Assembly: GCA_013374835.1 (NCBI GenBank)
Contig: CP055307.1
Coordinates: 471,315 to 535,314 of the forward strand
Origin: Candidatus Woesebacteria bacterium
GTDB lineage: Bacteria; Patescibacteriota; Microgenomatia; UBA8517
Reading direction: 5' to 3'
Length of the DNA stretch: 64,000 nt
Shown one piece after another: positions 9,831 through 18,869 of this stretch. The first letter of the stretch is position 1. The number at the start of each line of letters is the position of its first letter. The translations under genes were made by a program, and so were the position numbers. Below the pieces are notes generated by a model. That model was not told where the DNA came from and did no database searches. It saw nothing but the letters and a program-made list of their open reading frames with translations.

Positions 9831-11270
9831 ATGAAAGTACCTGCCATGTTTCGAAAAGAATTTGTATCCATAGAGTTCGGCTCTAAATATCTGAAAATTT
9901 TTAAGCTTGACAGTGGAAAAAAGAAGCCGGTAAAAATGGCTAAATATGAAATACCGGCTGGATACATTGTTAATTATCGAATCCAAAAACCAAATGAGCT
10001 TACTTTGATTCTTAAAAAGGCGTGGAAAGAGCAAAAAATTAAGGAAAAATCCGTAGGTATAGTTATTCCTGAATTTTCGACTTACACAAAGGTTTTAACG
10101 CTTCCTAGGCTTTCGAGAAGTGAGCTTGATGAAGCGATAAGGTGGCAATCCCAGGATTTTTTGCCTGTCGGGGGCTCTGTGATGATTATGGATTGGCAGA
10201 TTATAAATGAGGATAAGGACACTTTGGATTATCAAATACTTGTGGCGGCGATAGAAAAGAGCGTTCTTTCCTCGTATGTTGAAGTTGTGAGCAAGGCGGG
10301 ACTTTTGCCTTTGGTTGTTGAAACTCCTTCTCTTTCTTTAACTAGGATATCGGATGGAGATGATACGGGAAAGCTTGTTATTTATGTTTCGTCGGATGAA
10401 ACAATAATAGTATTAGCAGAGGGTAAAAAGATAGTAGCTTCTTCTGTGGCAAGCTCAACTTCTCAGAATGAGATAATTCAAAGCGCTTTGAGGGTGGTTA
10501 ACCACTACAAAGCCACCAAAATTACAAGGGTTGTTTTGGGGGGTGTTAACCTTTCTCAGGATTTTTTTAATAATGTTGCCAATTCGTTTAAAGTAAAAGT
10601 ATTTCCTTTGGAGTATAAGGGTGTTTCTTTGGATTCCGGGAAGTTTCAGGAATATGCAATTGCTCTTTCTTTGCAGCTTAAAAATCCCGAGCAGCCTTCT
10701 GATGAATATTCTATTAATTTATTACCTCCTGTATGGGAGAAGCACTATAGAAGCAGGCTTCAGAGCATTCAGTATTGGACGCTTTCTTTGATAATATCTA
10801 TTTTTATTTGGAGCTATTTTATATCGGTTGTCGGGGTTTATTTTGCACTTTCAATGAAAGCGGAAAGCTTAGGCTCATTACAGAATGTCGCTAAGACAGG
10901 TGAAGCAGAGGCTGTATTTACTAACATAAAAGATATAAACAATATTATTACAAAAGTATCTTTAATAGGCGATAAGACAAAGCAGCCTCAGGAATTGATA
11001 AACAAAATTGAATCGAGGAAAGTTGGTGGAATAAGTATAAATTATTATGATATTAATTTTGATAAAAGCGTGGTGAGTGTCCGGGGTAGAGCGTCTGATC
11101 GGGGTGCGCTTTTGGCCTTTAAGCAGTCTTTGGAGGAGGATGCTGATTTTTCAGAGATTGACTTGCCGGTTAGTAGTTTGGTAAATCAAACTGATATTGA
11201 ATTTGATCTTTCTTTTGGGTATTTACCAATGAAGGAGAAAGAAAGTCAGAAAATAAAGCTTGATATTTGA
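9831..11270 (+). CDS. pilM: PilM-PilN-like fusion protein (start 9831 or 9846)
   Basis: SIEFGSKYLKI actin-like start; INLLP motif, TM helix, then PilN-like domain. Confidence 0.8.
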   Translation: MKVPAMFRKEFVSIEFGSKYLKIFKLDSGKKKPVKMAKYEIPAGYIVNYRIQKPNELTLILKKAWKEQKIKEKSVGIVIPEFSTYTKVLTLPRLSRSELDEAIRWQSQDFLPVGGSVMIMDWQIINEDKDTLDYQILVAAIEKSVLSSYVEVVSKAGLLPLVVETPSLSLTRISDGDDTGKLVIYVSSDETIIVLAEGKKIVASSVASSTSQNEIIQSALRVVNHYKATKITRVVLGGVNLSQDFFNNVANSFKVKVFPLEYKGVSLDSGKFQEYAIALSLQLKNPEQPSDEYSINLLPPVWEKHYRSRLQSIQYWTLSLIISIFIWSYFISVVGVYFALSMKAESLGSLQNVAKTGEAEAVFTNIKDINNIITKVSLIGDKTKQPQELINKIESRKVGGISINYYDINFDKSVVSVRGRASDRGALLAFKQSLEEDADFSEIDLPVSSLVNQTDIEFDLSFGYLPMKEKESQKIKLDI

Positions 11271-11884
11271 TTGTTATGGATAAGAAAACAAACCAGCTCG
11301 TGAGCCCTCAAGCTCAGTCCGTGCCGATAAAAAAACCGGAAGTGCTTGATATCCCGGTGGCGAGCAAGCATAGAGAAAAAAAGCTTTATATTAAAGTTTT
11401 TGCTTTAAATATTGTGAACGCTATTTTGATAGTTTTAATCTCTGTGTTTTTGAGTAGGCTTTCTGTTAAAGCGGAGGAGGTAAAGGAGCTTCGGCATAAA
11501 GTGCTTCTTTCGCAGGAGAGTTCTGAGGTATCTTTTTCAAAGGCGGAGATTGAAAAAAATCGTGAGAAAATTTCAAAAATTAAGTCGCTTTTTGCAAATG
11601 AACAAAAAATACTTGATCTTTATGCCGAGATGGATGTATTAAAAAATGAGGGTGTTGTTACTGACTTTCGTTTGCTAAATGACAAGCCTGTTACTGATTT
11701 GGGGGCTAAGGCTTTGCCGATTTTTATTGGATTTAGAGGTGATGTAGAGCGGATAAGCTCGGCGATTAATAAGATCTATTTAATGTCTTATTTAATCAGG
11801 CCGGTCAGATTTGAATTGACTAAAAACACCGAAAGCGGGGAGATTGAGGTTTCATACGGAGCGATGCTATATGTTTCGGAATAA
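11267..11884 (+). CDS. PilO-like alignment protein
   Basis: TM plus coiled coil; lies directly after the pilMN-like gene. Confidence 0.6.
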   Translation: MIVMDKKTNQLVSPQAQSVPIKKPEVLDIPVASKHREKKLYIKVFALNIVNAILIVLISVFLSRLSVKAEEVKELRHKVLLSQESSEVSFSKAEIEKNREKISKIKSLFANEQKILDLYAEMDVLKNEGVVTDFRLLNDKPVTDLGAKALPIFIGFRGDVERISSAINKIYLMSYLIRPVRFELTKNTESGEIEVSYGAMLYVSE

Positions 11885-12110
11885 ATTAAGGTTAACCAGG
11901 TTTTATGTGTATTTGCTTATTGTAATGGCTACTTTGGCTATTGTAGCAATTTTTGTGCTGAGAAGTATTTTTAATGCTGTTGAGACTGCTACAAAGATAG
12001 ACCAGGATTTTTTGGAGAATTTTTCGCCCAGACTTGATATGGCCGGATTGGATAAAGTTTATGAGAAGAATTTTAATAAGCAGCCGATAGGTCTTGACTT
12101 GGCTGAATAG
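11871..12110 (+). CDS. Small membrane-anchored pilus-associated protein
   Basis: ATG 11871 overlaps the previous stop; single TM helix. Confidence 0.65.
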   Translation: MFRNKLRLTRFYVYLLIVMATLAIVAIFVLRSIFNAVETATKIDQDFLENFSPRLDMAGLDKVYEKNFNKQPIGLDLAE

Positions 12111-12163
12111 ATATGTGTACAAATAATATATAGGGTAAGCAAAGGAGGTGAGATTATTAGATT

Positions 12164-12664
12164 ATGGATAGAACACTTAAAAAGGGTTTTACGCTTATCG
12201 AGCTTTTGGTAGTAATCGGTATTATAGGCATTTTGGCTGCAATTGTATTGGTGGCTGTAAATCCGGGACGACAGTTTGCCCAGGCTAGAAATACCACAAG
12301 ACAGTCTGATTTGATTCAAGTTACAAATGCTGTTTATCAGTTTGCTGCTGAGCATAATGGAAATTTGCCTGGAACTAGTTTTGATCCTAATACAGGAGCA
12401 CCTAATTTTCCGACAACTGCAACTTGTATAGGAAATGCAGCAACATGTTTTGATTTAGCAAACGCTGGAGCTGATGAGGATGGAGATGGTGTGGTGGATG
12501 ATGGAACCACTATTGTTCCTACTTATATCGCACAATTGCCTGAAGACCCTCAGTCAGGTAATGCGCCGACAAATACAGGTTATGAGATATTTACGACAAA
12601 CAGTCGTGTAACGGCAAACGCGCCAGGTGCAGAATTGGATGAAACAATATCGGTTACTAGGTAA
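12164..12664 (+). CDS. Type IV pilin, probable major pilin
   Basis: KKG|FTLIELLVVIGIIGILA; strong SD AAGGAGGTGA; TTGACT upstream; own terminator. Confidence 0.92.
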   Translation: MDRTLKKGFTLIELLVVIGIIGILAAIVLVAVNPGRQFAQARNTTRQSDLIQVTNAVYQFAAEHNGNLPGTSFDPNTGAPNFPTTATCIGNAATCFDLANAGADEDGDGVVDDGTTIVPTYIAQLPEDPQSGNAPTNTGYEIFTTNSRVTANAPGAELDETISVTR

Positions 12665-12666
12665 GG

Positions 12667-12713
12667 AAAAAGAGAAGTACCTGCCCCAATGTGAGTAAGG
12701 ACTTCTCTTTTTT
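12667..12713 (+). terminator. Intrinsic terminator after the pilin gene
   Basis: AAAAAGAGAAGT...ACTTCTCTTTTTT inverted repeat. Confidence 0.8.
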
Positions 12714-12756
12714 ATTTGTTTTTATAGGGCGATTTTGTTGTAGAATTATAAATTAG

Positions 12757-13593
12757 ATGCAGCGTATAAGAAAAATAGTTTTTTTCTTAGCAAACGAGTT
12801 TGTTTATAATGGCCATCTTCAGTCTATAAGTGCGTCAAGTGTCGTGTATTTTTCTTATATTTTTATTTTTCAACAATCAGTTAATTACGATATTCTTTTT
12901 GTGATTTATCTTCTTTTTGAATCGATATTTCTTTTTGATAGATTTAAGGACATAGAGATAGATAAATCTACAAATATGGAGAGATTTAGACATATAAGTA
13001 GATATCGAGAAAAGACGAATATAATATTAATTAGTTTTCTTTTTTTGCTTTTTTCAATACTTATTATTAAAAATAATTTTTGGTTTACTATTTATATAGC
13101 TGGAGTTATTATATTGGGTTTTTTGTATCCGGTTTATTTTAAGAAAGTTACTTCTAAAATTTATTTCTTCAAGAATTTTTATGTATCCAGCGTATATGCT
13201 ACCCTCGCTTTTGTTCCTGCTATTTTTGTGGGTGATTTCAACGAGCATAGCGTTTTTGTTTTTTCGCTTTATGTTTTTTATGAAATGTTTTTTTCTCAGA
13301 TGTGTTTGGATTTTAAGGACATTAAGACAGATGAAGAGCGGTCACTAAAAACTCTTCCCATTGTTTTTGGTAAGAAAAATGCTTTATATTTCCTTTTTTT
13401 GTTAGTTTATTTGTCTCCTATTTTTATTTATTTCGCAGATGATTCAATTGTGATGACTAAACTGGTAATTAGTATGGTTGTAACAAATATAATGATTTTG
13501 GTAATGGTTAAGAAAAATATTTTATATGGATATTTTCTGGCTGCAGGAAAATTTATTTTATGGTATTTAGTGGCTTTGGCGTTAAATATTTAA
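12757..13593 (+). CDS. UbiA-family prenyltransferase
   Basis: Multi-TM; Asp-rich DRFKDIEID and DFKDIKTD...KTLPIVFG motifs. Confidence 0.85.
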   Translation: MQRIRKIVFFLANEFVYNGHLQSISASSVVYFSYIFIFQQSVNYDILFVIYLLFESIFLFDRFKDIEIDKSTNMERFRHISRYREKTNIILISFLFLLFSILIIKNNFWFTIYIAGVIILGFLYPVYFKKVTSKIYFFKNFYVSSVYATLAFVPAIFVGDFNEHSVFVFSLYVFYEMFFSQMCLDFKDIKTDEERSLKTLPIVFGKKNALYFLFLLVYLSPIFIYFADDSIVMTKLVISMVVTNIMILVMVKKNILYGYFLAAGKFILWYLVALALNI

Positions 13594-13594
13594 T

Positions 13595-15196
13595 ATGAAT
13601 AATATTTCGACTTTGAATATTAGAGATTTGTCAATTTTTAATTATATAGCAATAACAATTATTAATTTTATTGTATTTATTTTGTTGGTTACAGTCTTTT
13701 TGCACGGTAGATTTAAAGATAAAAAGAGCAAAACATTCGTTCTTATGAGTTTTTTTATGCTTGCTTGGGTGGATTTTGCTTTTTTGGCAAGAATTTTTGG
13801 GTTTTATCAAAATATTTCTTTAATTTTTTTGAGGATTGCCTGGATTGCCACACCCCCTTTGTTTTTTAGCACTTACTTAATATCCATTTTGATGGTTGAA
13901 AAAGATCGTGCGTATAAATATTTGACGCTAATTTTATTAATTATAACTTCCGTTTTAAGCTTTTTGACGGCTTTTACGGATTTAATTATTAGCGGTGTTA
14001 AATTTAAGGACGGGACGCTCGATATAATCTATGGGTATGGTTTTTTTCCCTTTTTGTTTCTTATTTTGGGGATTATGGTTTCTACGGTTGTGCCCATTCT
14101 TCGATCTCATATTAACAAAAGAACTAGATATTTTTTAGTGGGAGTTATTGTTTTTTATTTAGCGAATAGTGTTTTTAATATTGGATTACCGGTATTTAAA
14201 GGGTTTACAAGCTATTATTACTTAGGTGATTATTCTACTAGTATACTTCTTGGGTTTACGGCATATTCAATAATAAGACATAAATTATTTGATATTAAAG
14301 TCATTGGAGTTGAGGTTCTTACTGTTTTGATTTGGGCTGTTCTTTTGTCTGAGATATTTGTTGCTAAAGATTTTAATGAATTGCTGATAGATTTTGTTTT
14401 ATTGATTTTGACAGTAATATTTGGTTTTTTCTTAATAAGGAATGTTTTAAGAGAAGTTGAACAAAAGAAAGAGCTTGAGGGGTTGAATCGGAAACTTAAA
14501 GAGCTGGACCAGGTTAAGAATGAGTTTATTTCTGTTGCCGCGCATGAGCTTCGAGCGCCTTTGACTGCTGTTAAGGGATACTTGTCTATGATATTGGATG
14601 GGGATGCGGGTACGATAACAGCTCAAACAAGGGATTTTTTGCAGGATATTCAGCTTTCTACAGAGCGGATGATACGGCTTGTTAGTAATATGCTTGATGT
14701 GGGAAGGATTGAGGAAGGAAGGATCGCTTATAATCTTGAGGATGTTAATTTGACTGAAATAGTTAATACGGCTTACAGCGAGTTTAAACTGGAAGCAGAG
14801 AGAAAGAATCTTAAGTTTACGTTAGATATCCAAAGTAATGTGCGGGACCGTGTACATGTCGATCGTGATAGGCTTCATGAGGTGGTTGTTAATTTTCTAA
14901 GTAATGCTACTAAATATACAGAGACGGGTGGGATTACTATGAAACTATTTAATAAAGGTTTGAAAATCGTGAGGCTTGAGGTTATTGATACTGGAATGGG
15001 TATATCAAAGGAGGAACAAAAAAAACTTTTTAGGAAGTTTTATAGAGTTAAATCAAAAGTTGGTAAGACAATAGGCAGTGGACTGGGGCTTTATATCTCA
15101 AAGCTTTTAATTGAGAAGTTTGAGGGGAATATTGGTGTGGATTCTGAGCCTGGGAAGGGAAGTAATTTTTGGTTTGAACTGCCAGTTTCTTCTTGA
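13595..15196 (+). CDS. Membrane sensor histidine kinase (7TM-type N-terminus)
   Basis: AHELRAPL H-box, NATKY, DTGMG, GSGLGLYI. Confidence 0.95.
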   Translation: MNNISTLNIRDLSIFNYIAITIINFIVFILLVTVFLHGRFKDKKSKTFVLMSFFMLAWVDFAFLARIFGFYQNISLIFLRIAWIATPPLFFSTYLISILMVEKDRAYKYLTLILLIITSVLSFLTAFTDLIISGVKFKDGTLDIIYGYGFFPFLFLILGIMVSTVVPILRSHINKRTRYFLVGVIVFYLANSVFNIGLPVFKGFTSYYYLGDYSTSILLGFTAYSIIRHKLFDIKVIGVEVLTVLIWAVLLSEIFVAKDFNELLIDFVLLILTVIFGFFLIRNVLREVEQKKELEGLNRKLKELDQVKNEFISVAAHELRAPLTAVKGYLSMILDGDAGTITAQTRDFLQDIQLSTERMIRLVSNMLDVGRIEEGRIAYNLEDVNLTEIVNTAYSEFKLEAERKNLKFTLDIQSNVRDRVHVDRDRLHEVVVNFLSNATKYTETGGITMKLFNKGLKIVRLEVIDTGMGISKEEQKKLFRKFYRVKSKVGKTIGSGLGLYISKLLIEKFEGNIGVDSEPGKGSNFWFELPVSS

Positions 15197-15480
15197 CTTC
15201 TTCTTCTGCTAATCTACTCCCCAAAGCGTGCAAAGAACGCTTTGCACTTTGAAACGGCTTGGGTTTTTAGGCCAAAACTTCAAAGGCCAATTTTCTAGCC
15301 TCATGCCTATCTAAGTCGGCTGGCTCCCAAAAGCGGGAGAAAAACAAGCCAAAAACCAAAAAAGGCCACTGAGTTAGAAAAAGCCTAAGAAGTAATGCCC
15401 CAAAAACCCCAAGGAAGCTCTCATTCTCCGCCCAATCTTGGGCAACCAGCTGGAAGGAATCCAGAAAGCAGGAGGGTCTG
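15193..15480 (+). repeat. Cassette leader copy 1: (TTC)3 promoter plus ~270-nt structured RNA
   Basis: Homologous to 18331-18629 and 20159-20465; TTGACT-(TTC)n-TGCTAATCT; GTGCAAAG/CTTTGCAC and CTCCC-AAAAGC-GGGAG hairpins. Confidence 0.9.
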
Positions 15481-15744
15481 ATGGGAGACAAAGATCCTCG
15501 AGACGAAACTCCTAAGGGATGGGAATGGCGTTTTGGTGGACCACCTCGAGATATGGCTCCTGGCCAGTACATGGAGCGAGCAGGTTCACTTGGGGGTGGA
15601 ATAGTAGTAGAGTACACTTCCGTCCCAACGCCAGATGGTGAAATGCTCATCCAGAAAACCTCCGAAATGCGTAACGGTCGTCCGATTGAAGCCGGACACG
15701 CTACTCGCCACGGTGGGAAGTGGTTTGACCGTTATCCGGAGTAA
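15481..15744 (+). CDS. Small cassette protein 1 (87 aa)
   Basis: GGAGG SD upstream; bounded by the leader and a terminator-like stem. Confidence 0.75.
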   Translation: MGDKDPRDETPKGWEWRFGGPPRDMAPGQYMERAGSLGGGIVVEYTSVPTPDGEMLIQKTSEMRNGRPIEAGHATRHGGKWFDRYPE

Positions 15745-15766
15745 CAGGGGTTTCCAAAACTGAATA

Positions 15767-15855
15767 GTAGCCTATATTATAAAAGGGAATTGCTGCATTG
15801 TGCAGTTATCATGTTGGCTACCATGAGAAGATTCTACTATCTCAATTCCCTTTTT
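15767..15855 (+). terminator. Branched terminator-like RNA (four-way junction, possible pseudoknot)
   Basis: AAAAGGGAATTG/CAATTCCCTTTT stem enclosing three hairpins; upstream GTAGCC is complementary to loop GGCTAC. Confidence 0.6.
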
Positions 15856-15865
15856 CTTTAACACA

Positions 15866-16258
15866 ATGTGCAAAAGCAAAGAACAAACTTTAGCCAATCA
15901 ATTCATTTTAAAAGGGCTAAAAACACCGCTAGATCCAAAAAGATACTGGGCGCCTTTAGAAGATTCTGTGCTAATGTTGCTTGACGATTTCTTTAATAAA
16001 AAGATTGACACAAAAACAACAGGGAAGATAGGGAAGATTTTATATGAATTTCAATACTTTACATATGAACTTTATTGTGTAGATCCAGAACTTTTTAAGG
16101 TATTAGACTATCTAGTCGTTTTATATAATCCATCTGTCTTAAGGACTAAGGCTAAAAATAGTGTGAAGATTAGGCAAGCAGTAAAATTGCTTAAAAATTA
16201 TTACGAAAGCAAAAAATCGCGCGTTGATTTTTTGAGAGTTTATTTTAGTAAACAGTAA
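15866..16258 (+). CDS. Helical hypothetical protein, paralog family A
   Basis: LLDDFFNKKID..LY..DPELFKVLD..LKNYY, similar to the 16580 and 21788 ORFs. Confidence 0.8.
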   Translation: MCKSKEQTLANQFILKGLKTPLDPKRYWAPLEDSVLMLLDDFFNKKIDTKTTGKIGKILYEFQYFTYELYCVDPELFKVLDYLVVLYNPSVLRTKAKNSVKIRQAVKLLKNYYESKKSRVDFLRVYFSKQ

Positions 16259-16300
16259 AACAACCAAAGTGCTTTACTCTTTCTCATCCTTATTTAAGCA

Positions 16301-16474
16301 ATGCCTGACATTGGAGCAAGTACCCACTTTGATGAGGGAAAAGGTGGATCCGATCACCAAACTGTTTATGGTGATGGATGGCACCGCTCTTGGGACATCG
16401 ACCGAGACAACAACGTCACCCGCGATCACATCACAATCCATTGGGATAGTGGCAACCAAGTCCTGAAGGACTAG
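16301..16474 (+). CDS. Small His/Asp-rich protein (57 aa), absent from the ORF track
   Basis: My translation: MPDIGASTHFDEGKGGSDHQTVYGDGWHRSWDIDRDNNVTRDHITIHWDSGNQVLKD*; followed by a terminator-like stem. Confidence 0.65.
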   Translation: MPDIGASTHFDEGKGGSDHQTVYGDGWHRSWDIDRDNNVTRDHITIHWDSGNQVLKD

Positions 16475-16491
16475 CGCACTTTCCCTTTACC

Positions 16492-16551
16492 AAGGAAGGG
16501 TGCCTTTTGAGGTCACCAATGTGTGAGGATTAACCCACCCTTCCTTTTTTT
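16492..16551 (+). terminator. Branched terminator-like RNA
   Basis: AAGGAAGGGTG/CACCCTTCCTT stem plus T-run, three short internal hairpins. Confidence 0.65.
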
Positions 16552-16579
16552 ATTTATAATATCAGTATTAATTAAATAC

Positions 16580-16912
16580 ATGGATTTTGAAGATTTATTT
16601 AATAAATACCTTGCAAATCAGCTTAAAAGAAAGATGACTGAACATGATGCAAGAGAGATATTTGAAAAAGCTGCAAAGGATTATTTTTCAAAAAAAATTA
16701 GTCTTGACTTTCTCATAGGCATAGCCACACAACTTTATTTTGAGCTTCTGAAGCCGTCTGATTATACAGGAGGGGTATTTCATAATTTAATTGAAAAAAC
16801 TGCGGATTTAGATTTTTATATTGAGGAATCTAAAAAGGGAGATAAAGAAGCAAAGAGGTACATCAAAGAATACTTTTCTGAATTAAGAGAATATATAAGT
16901 AAAGCCTCATAA
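16580..16912 (+). CDS. Helical hypothetical protein, paralog family A
   Basis: AKDYFSKKIS..LYFEL..ELREY; ATG 16580 downstream of TATAAT. Confidence 0.8.
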   Translation: MDFEDLFNKYLANQLKRKMTEHDAREIFEKAAKDYFSKKISLDFLIGIATQLYFELLKPSDYTGGVFHNLIEKTADLDFYIEESKKGDKEAKRYIKEYFSELREYISKAS

Positions 16913-16953
16913 TTCCTTGTAATTTGAATTTGTATTAACACTTGTTTTTCATC

Positions 16954-17032
16954 CAACTAAATATAAACTCTGGGTGGAGAAAGAGTGGGTCCCCAGTCCT
17001 AGCAAATACCAATAGGTATTACTCTTTCTCCA
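16954..17032 (+). repeat. Structured ~78-nt element, copy 1 (copy 2 at 18870-18945)
   Basis: GGAGAAAGAGT/ACTCTTTCTCC stem, AATACC-AATA-GGTATT hairpin, CTGGG/CCCAG pairing. Confidence 0.85.
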
Positions 17033-17064
17033 TATTTGTCTTTGAAGTAAAATTAAAAGTCAAG

Positions 17065-18288
17065 ATGCTTTCTGATAATTTGAAAAATTTACATCAAGAA
17101 TATCTATTGTATTACAAAGAAAATGGCATTAAGCTTCTCCCCCATGAATTGCAAAAGAGAATTGCTTATACAGCAAAAATTGCAAGAGAAAACTACAAAA
17201 GATTAAAGCATCCTATTACTACCTCTTTAGAAAATTATATAGAAATTTGTGTCCATTTTAGTCTTTCACTAGATTTAGCGACAAGATCAGTTGAAACTGT
17301 TAATTTAACCAATCCGCCTTTTAACTTCCGTGCTGCGGCAGCATATTTTCTTGAGTTACCTTACGAGCTGCACCAGAGGATTGAAAAAGATCTATTCAAT
17401 ATTCACCCTGAAAAACGCGAAGAATTTTGGAAAGATCTTAATTTAAATATACCCAAGATAGAAAAGAAATTCATCGCTATGATTGAGGAAAGAAAACGCT
17501 TTGCACAAAGTAAAGGTTATGAGTCCCAGATTGATTTATCTTTCAAGAAATCTAAAATTCCACAATCAGTTCTAAATCGTTTTGTTGTAAATCAGGATAA
17601 ATTAATTAACTTTTGCAATCAAAATCTACCAAAGATCGGAAACAAACCAGATTGGTTTTATTCAAACTTCAGTAAAACTTGTTTTTTGTGCATGATACAA
17701 CCATTTCCCTTTAGCTCTCTAGAAAGTGTATTCGAAAAAGCGACGTTTATTCATCCAATTCTACAAAAGTATAATGAAAAAATAACTATTAAGCCTTCGG
17801 GAAGTTCGCACACCACGTATAAGGAAGGAACTGATAGCTTTGAGGTATATATTGAAAATGACCAAAACCTCCGTCATCAGATTGTTGATCTCGTCCACGA
17901 GTTGGGACATGTAATAAATAATCTTGAAGACCTAAACAAAAACAAGAATCCTTTCTTAAAAGGAAGATTCTTGGCTGAAAAAGAGGCTAATGAGATTGAA
18001 ATTGATTTTTATAAAAAGACATCAAGACTTCTTTATCAAGCTTCCTTTGGATGGATTCTTTGGTTGTTTAGAAGGACATTATTCGAGATAGAATTACACA
18101 AAAATCCACGACAAAACCTAAGCAAACTTTATGCCGATACTTATAACAAGTGTTTTAAAGGGGCAAATCAAAAATCAAACCCCACATACTTTATAGATAC
18201 TTATATCTCCCTGAGACCTTTTTCAACCCTACCCCATACGCTGGCATATTCTGAAGTAGTTACTAAACTAATAGAGAAGAAAAAGTAG
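17065..18288 (+). CDS. HExxH zinc metallopeptidase, M3-like
   Basis: RKRFAQSKGYES, CFLC, HELGH with downstream Glu, FEIEL; paralog of 18975. Confidence 0.7.
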   Translation: MLSDNLKNLHQEYLLYYKENGIKLLPHELQKRIAYTAKIARENYKRLKHPITTSLENYIEICVHFSLSLDLATRSVETVNLTNPPFNFRAAAAYFLELPYELHQRIEKDLFNIHPEKREEFWKDLNLNIPKIEKKFIAMIEERKRFAQSKGYESQIDLSFKKSKIPQSVLNRFVVNQDKLINFCNQNLPKIGNKPDWFYSNFSKTCFLCMIQPFPFSSLESVFEKATFIHPILQKYNEKITIKPSGSSHTTYKEGTDSFEVYIENDQNLRHQIVDLVHELGHVINNLEDLNKNKNPFLKGRFLAEKEANEIEIDFYKKTSRLLYQASFGWILWLFRRTLFEIELHKNPRQNLSKLYADTYNKCFKGANQKSNPTYFIDTYISLRPFSTLPHTLAYSEVVTKLIEKKK

Positions 18289-18330
18289 TTGGAAATAAGT
18301 TTCTATGATTTGCTTTTTTCTGATTACAAC

Positions 18331-18629
18331 TTGACTTCTTCTTCTTCTGATAATCTACTCCCCAAAGCGTGCAAAAAACGTCTTGCACATTCACAGGCTT
18401 GGGTTTGAGGCTCAACTTCTAGGGAATCTTTTCTAACTTCACACCCTCAAAAACGGCTAACTCCCAAAAGCGGGAGGAAAAAACTAGCCAAATCTAAATG
18501 TGGTCAATGAGGTTAGAAAAAACCTGAAGAGGAAGAGCCAAAAAAAACCAAGGAAGCTCTCTTTTCCGCCCAATCCCGGGCAGCCCACTGGCGGGTTGCC
18601 AGATGAAATCTGAGAAAGGAGAGTCCCTA
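18331..18629 (+). repeat. Cassette leader copy 2: (TTC)4 promoter plus structured RNA
   Basis: Same blocks as copy 1 with compensatory stem changes. Confidence 0.9.
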
Positions 18630-18857
18630 ATGGGCGATCCCGGAAGACTCATTCGGGCTAGTGATGTAAATCAAATCCCACCTGGTGCAATGGTGGTGGG
18701 AAGCTACATCATGTTCCCCGACGCCGAGGGTGGTCTGCACCCCACGCCACAAGAGCGCGTCTCGTCAGATATCCGACGGGAAAGCAATACGCGAACTATT
18801 ACTGGCGGAAACTGTGGCCAAGACCCCTCTTTGGTACCTAACGTATCAAAAAAGTGA
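18630..18857 (+). CDS. Small cassette protein 2 (75 aa from ATG 18630)
   Basis: AAGGAG SD; begins MGD like protein 1. Confidence 0.7.
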   Translation: MGDPGRLIRASDVNQIPPGAMVVGSYIMFPDAEGGLHPTPQERVSSDIRRESNTRTITGGNCGQDPSLVPNVSKK

Positions 18858-18869
18858 GTCTGGCCATGA

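Noticed and set aside
15267-15650. Minus-strand ORFs across the leaders (also 20027-20332, 20283-20669)
   Set aside because: Frame and length are not conserved among the three copies; indels fit RNA structure rather than coding.
16269-16466. Called 65-aa (+) and 61-aa (-) ORFs
   Set aside because: Probable shadows of the ATG-initiated 57-aa ORF at 16301-16474.
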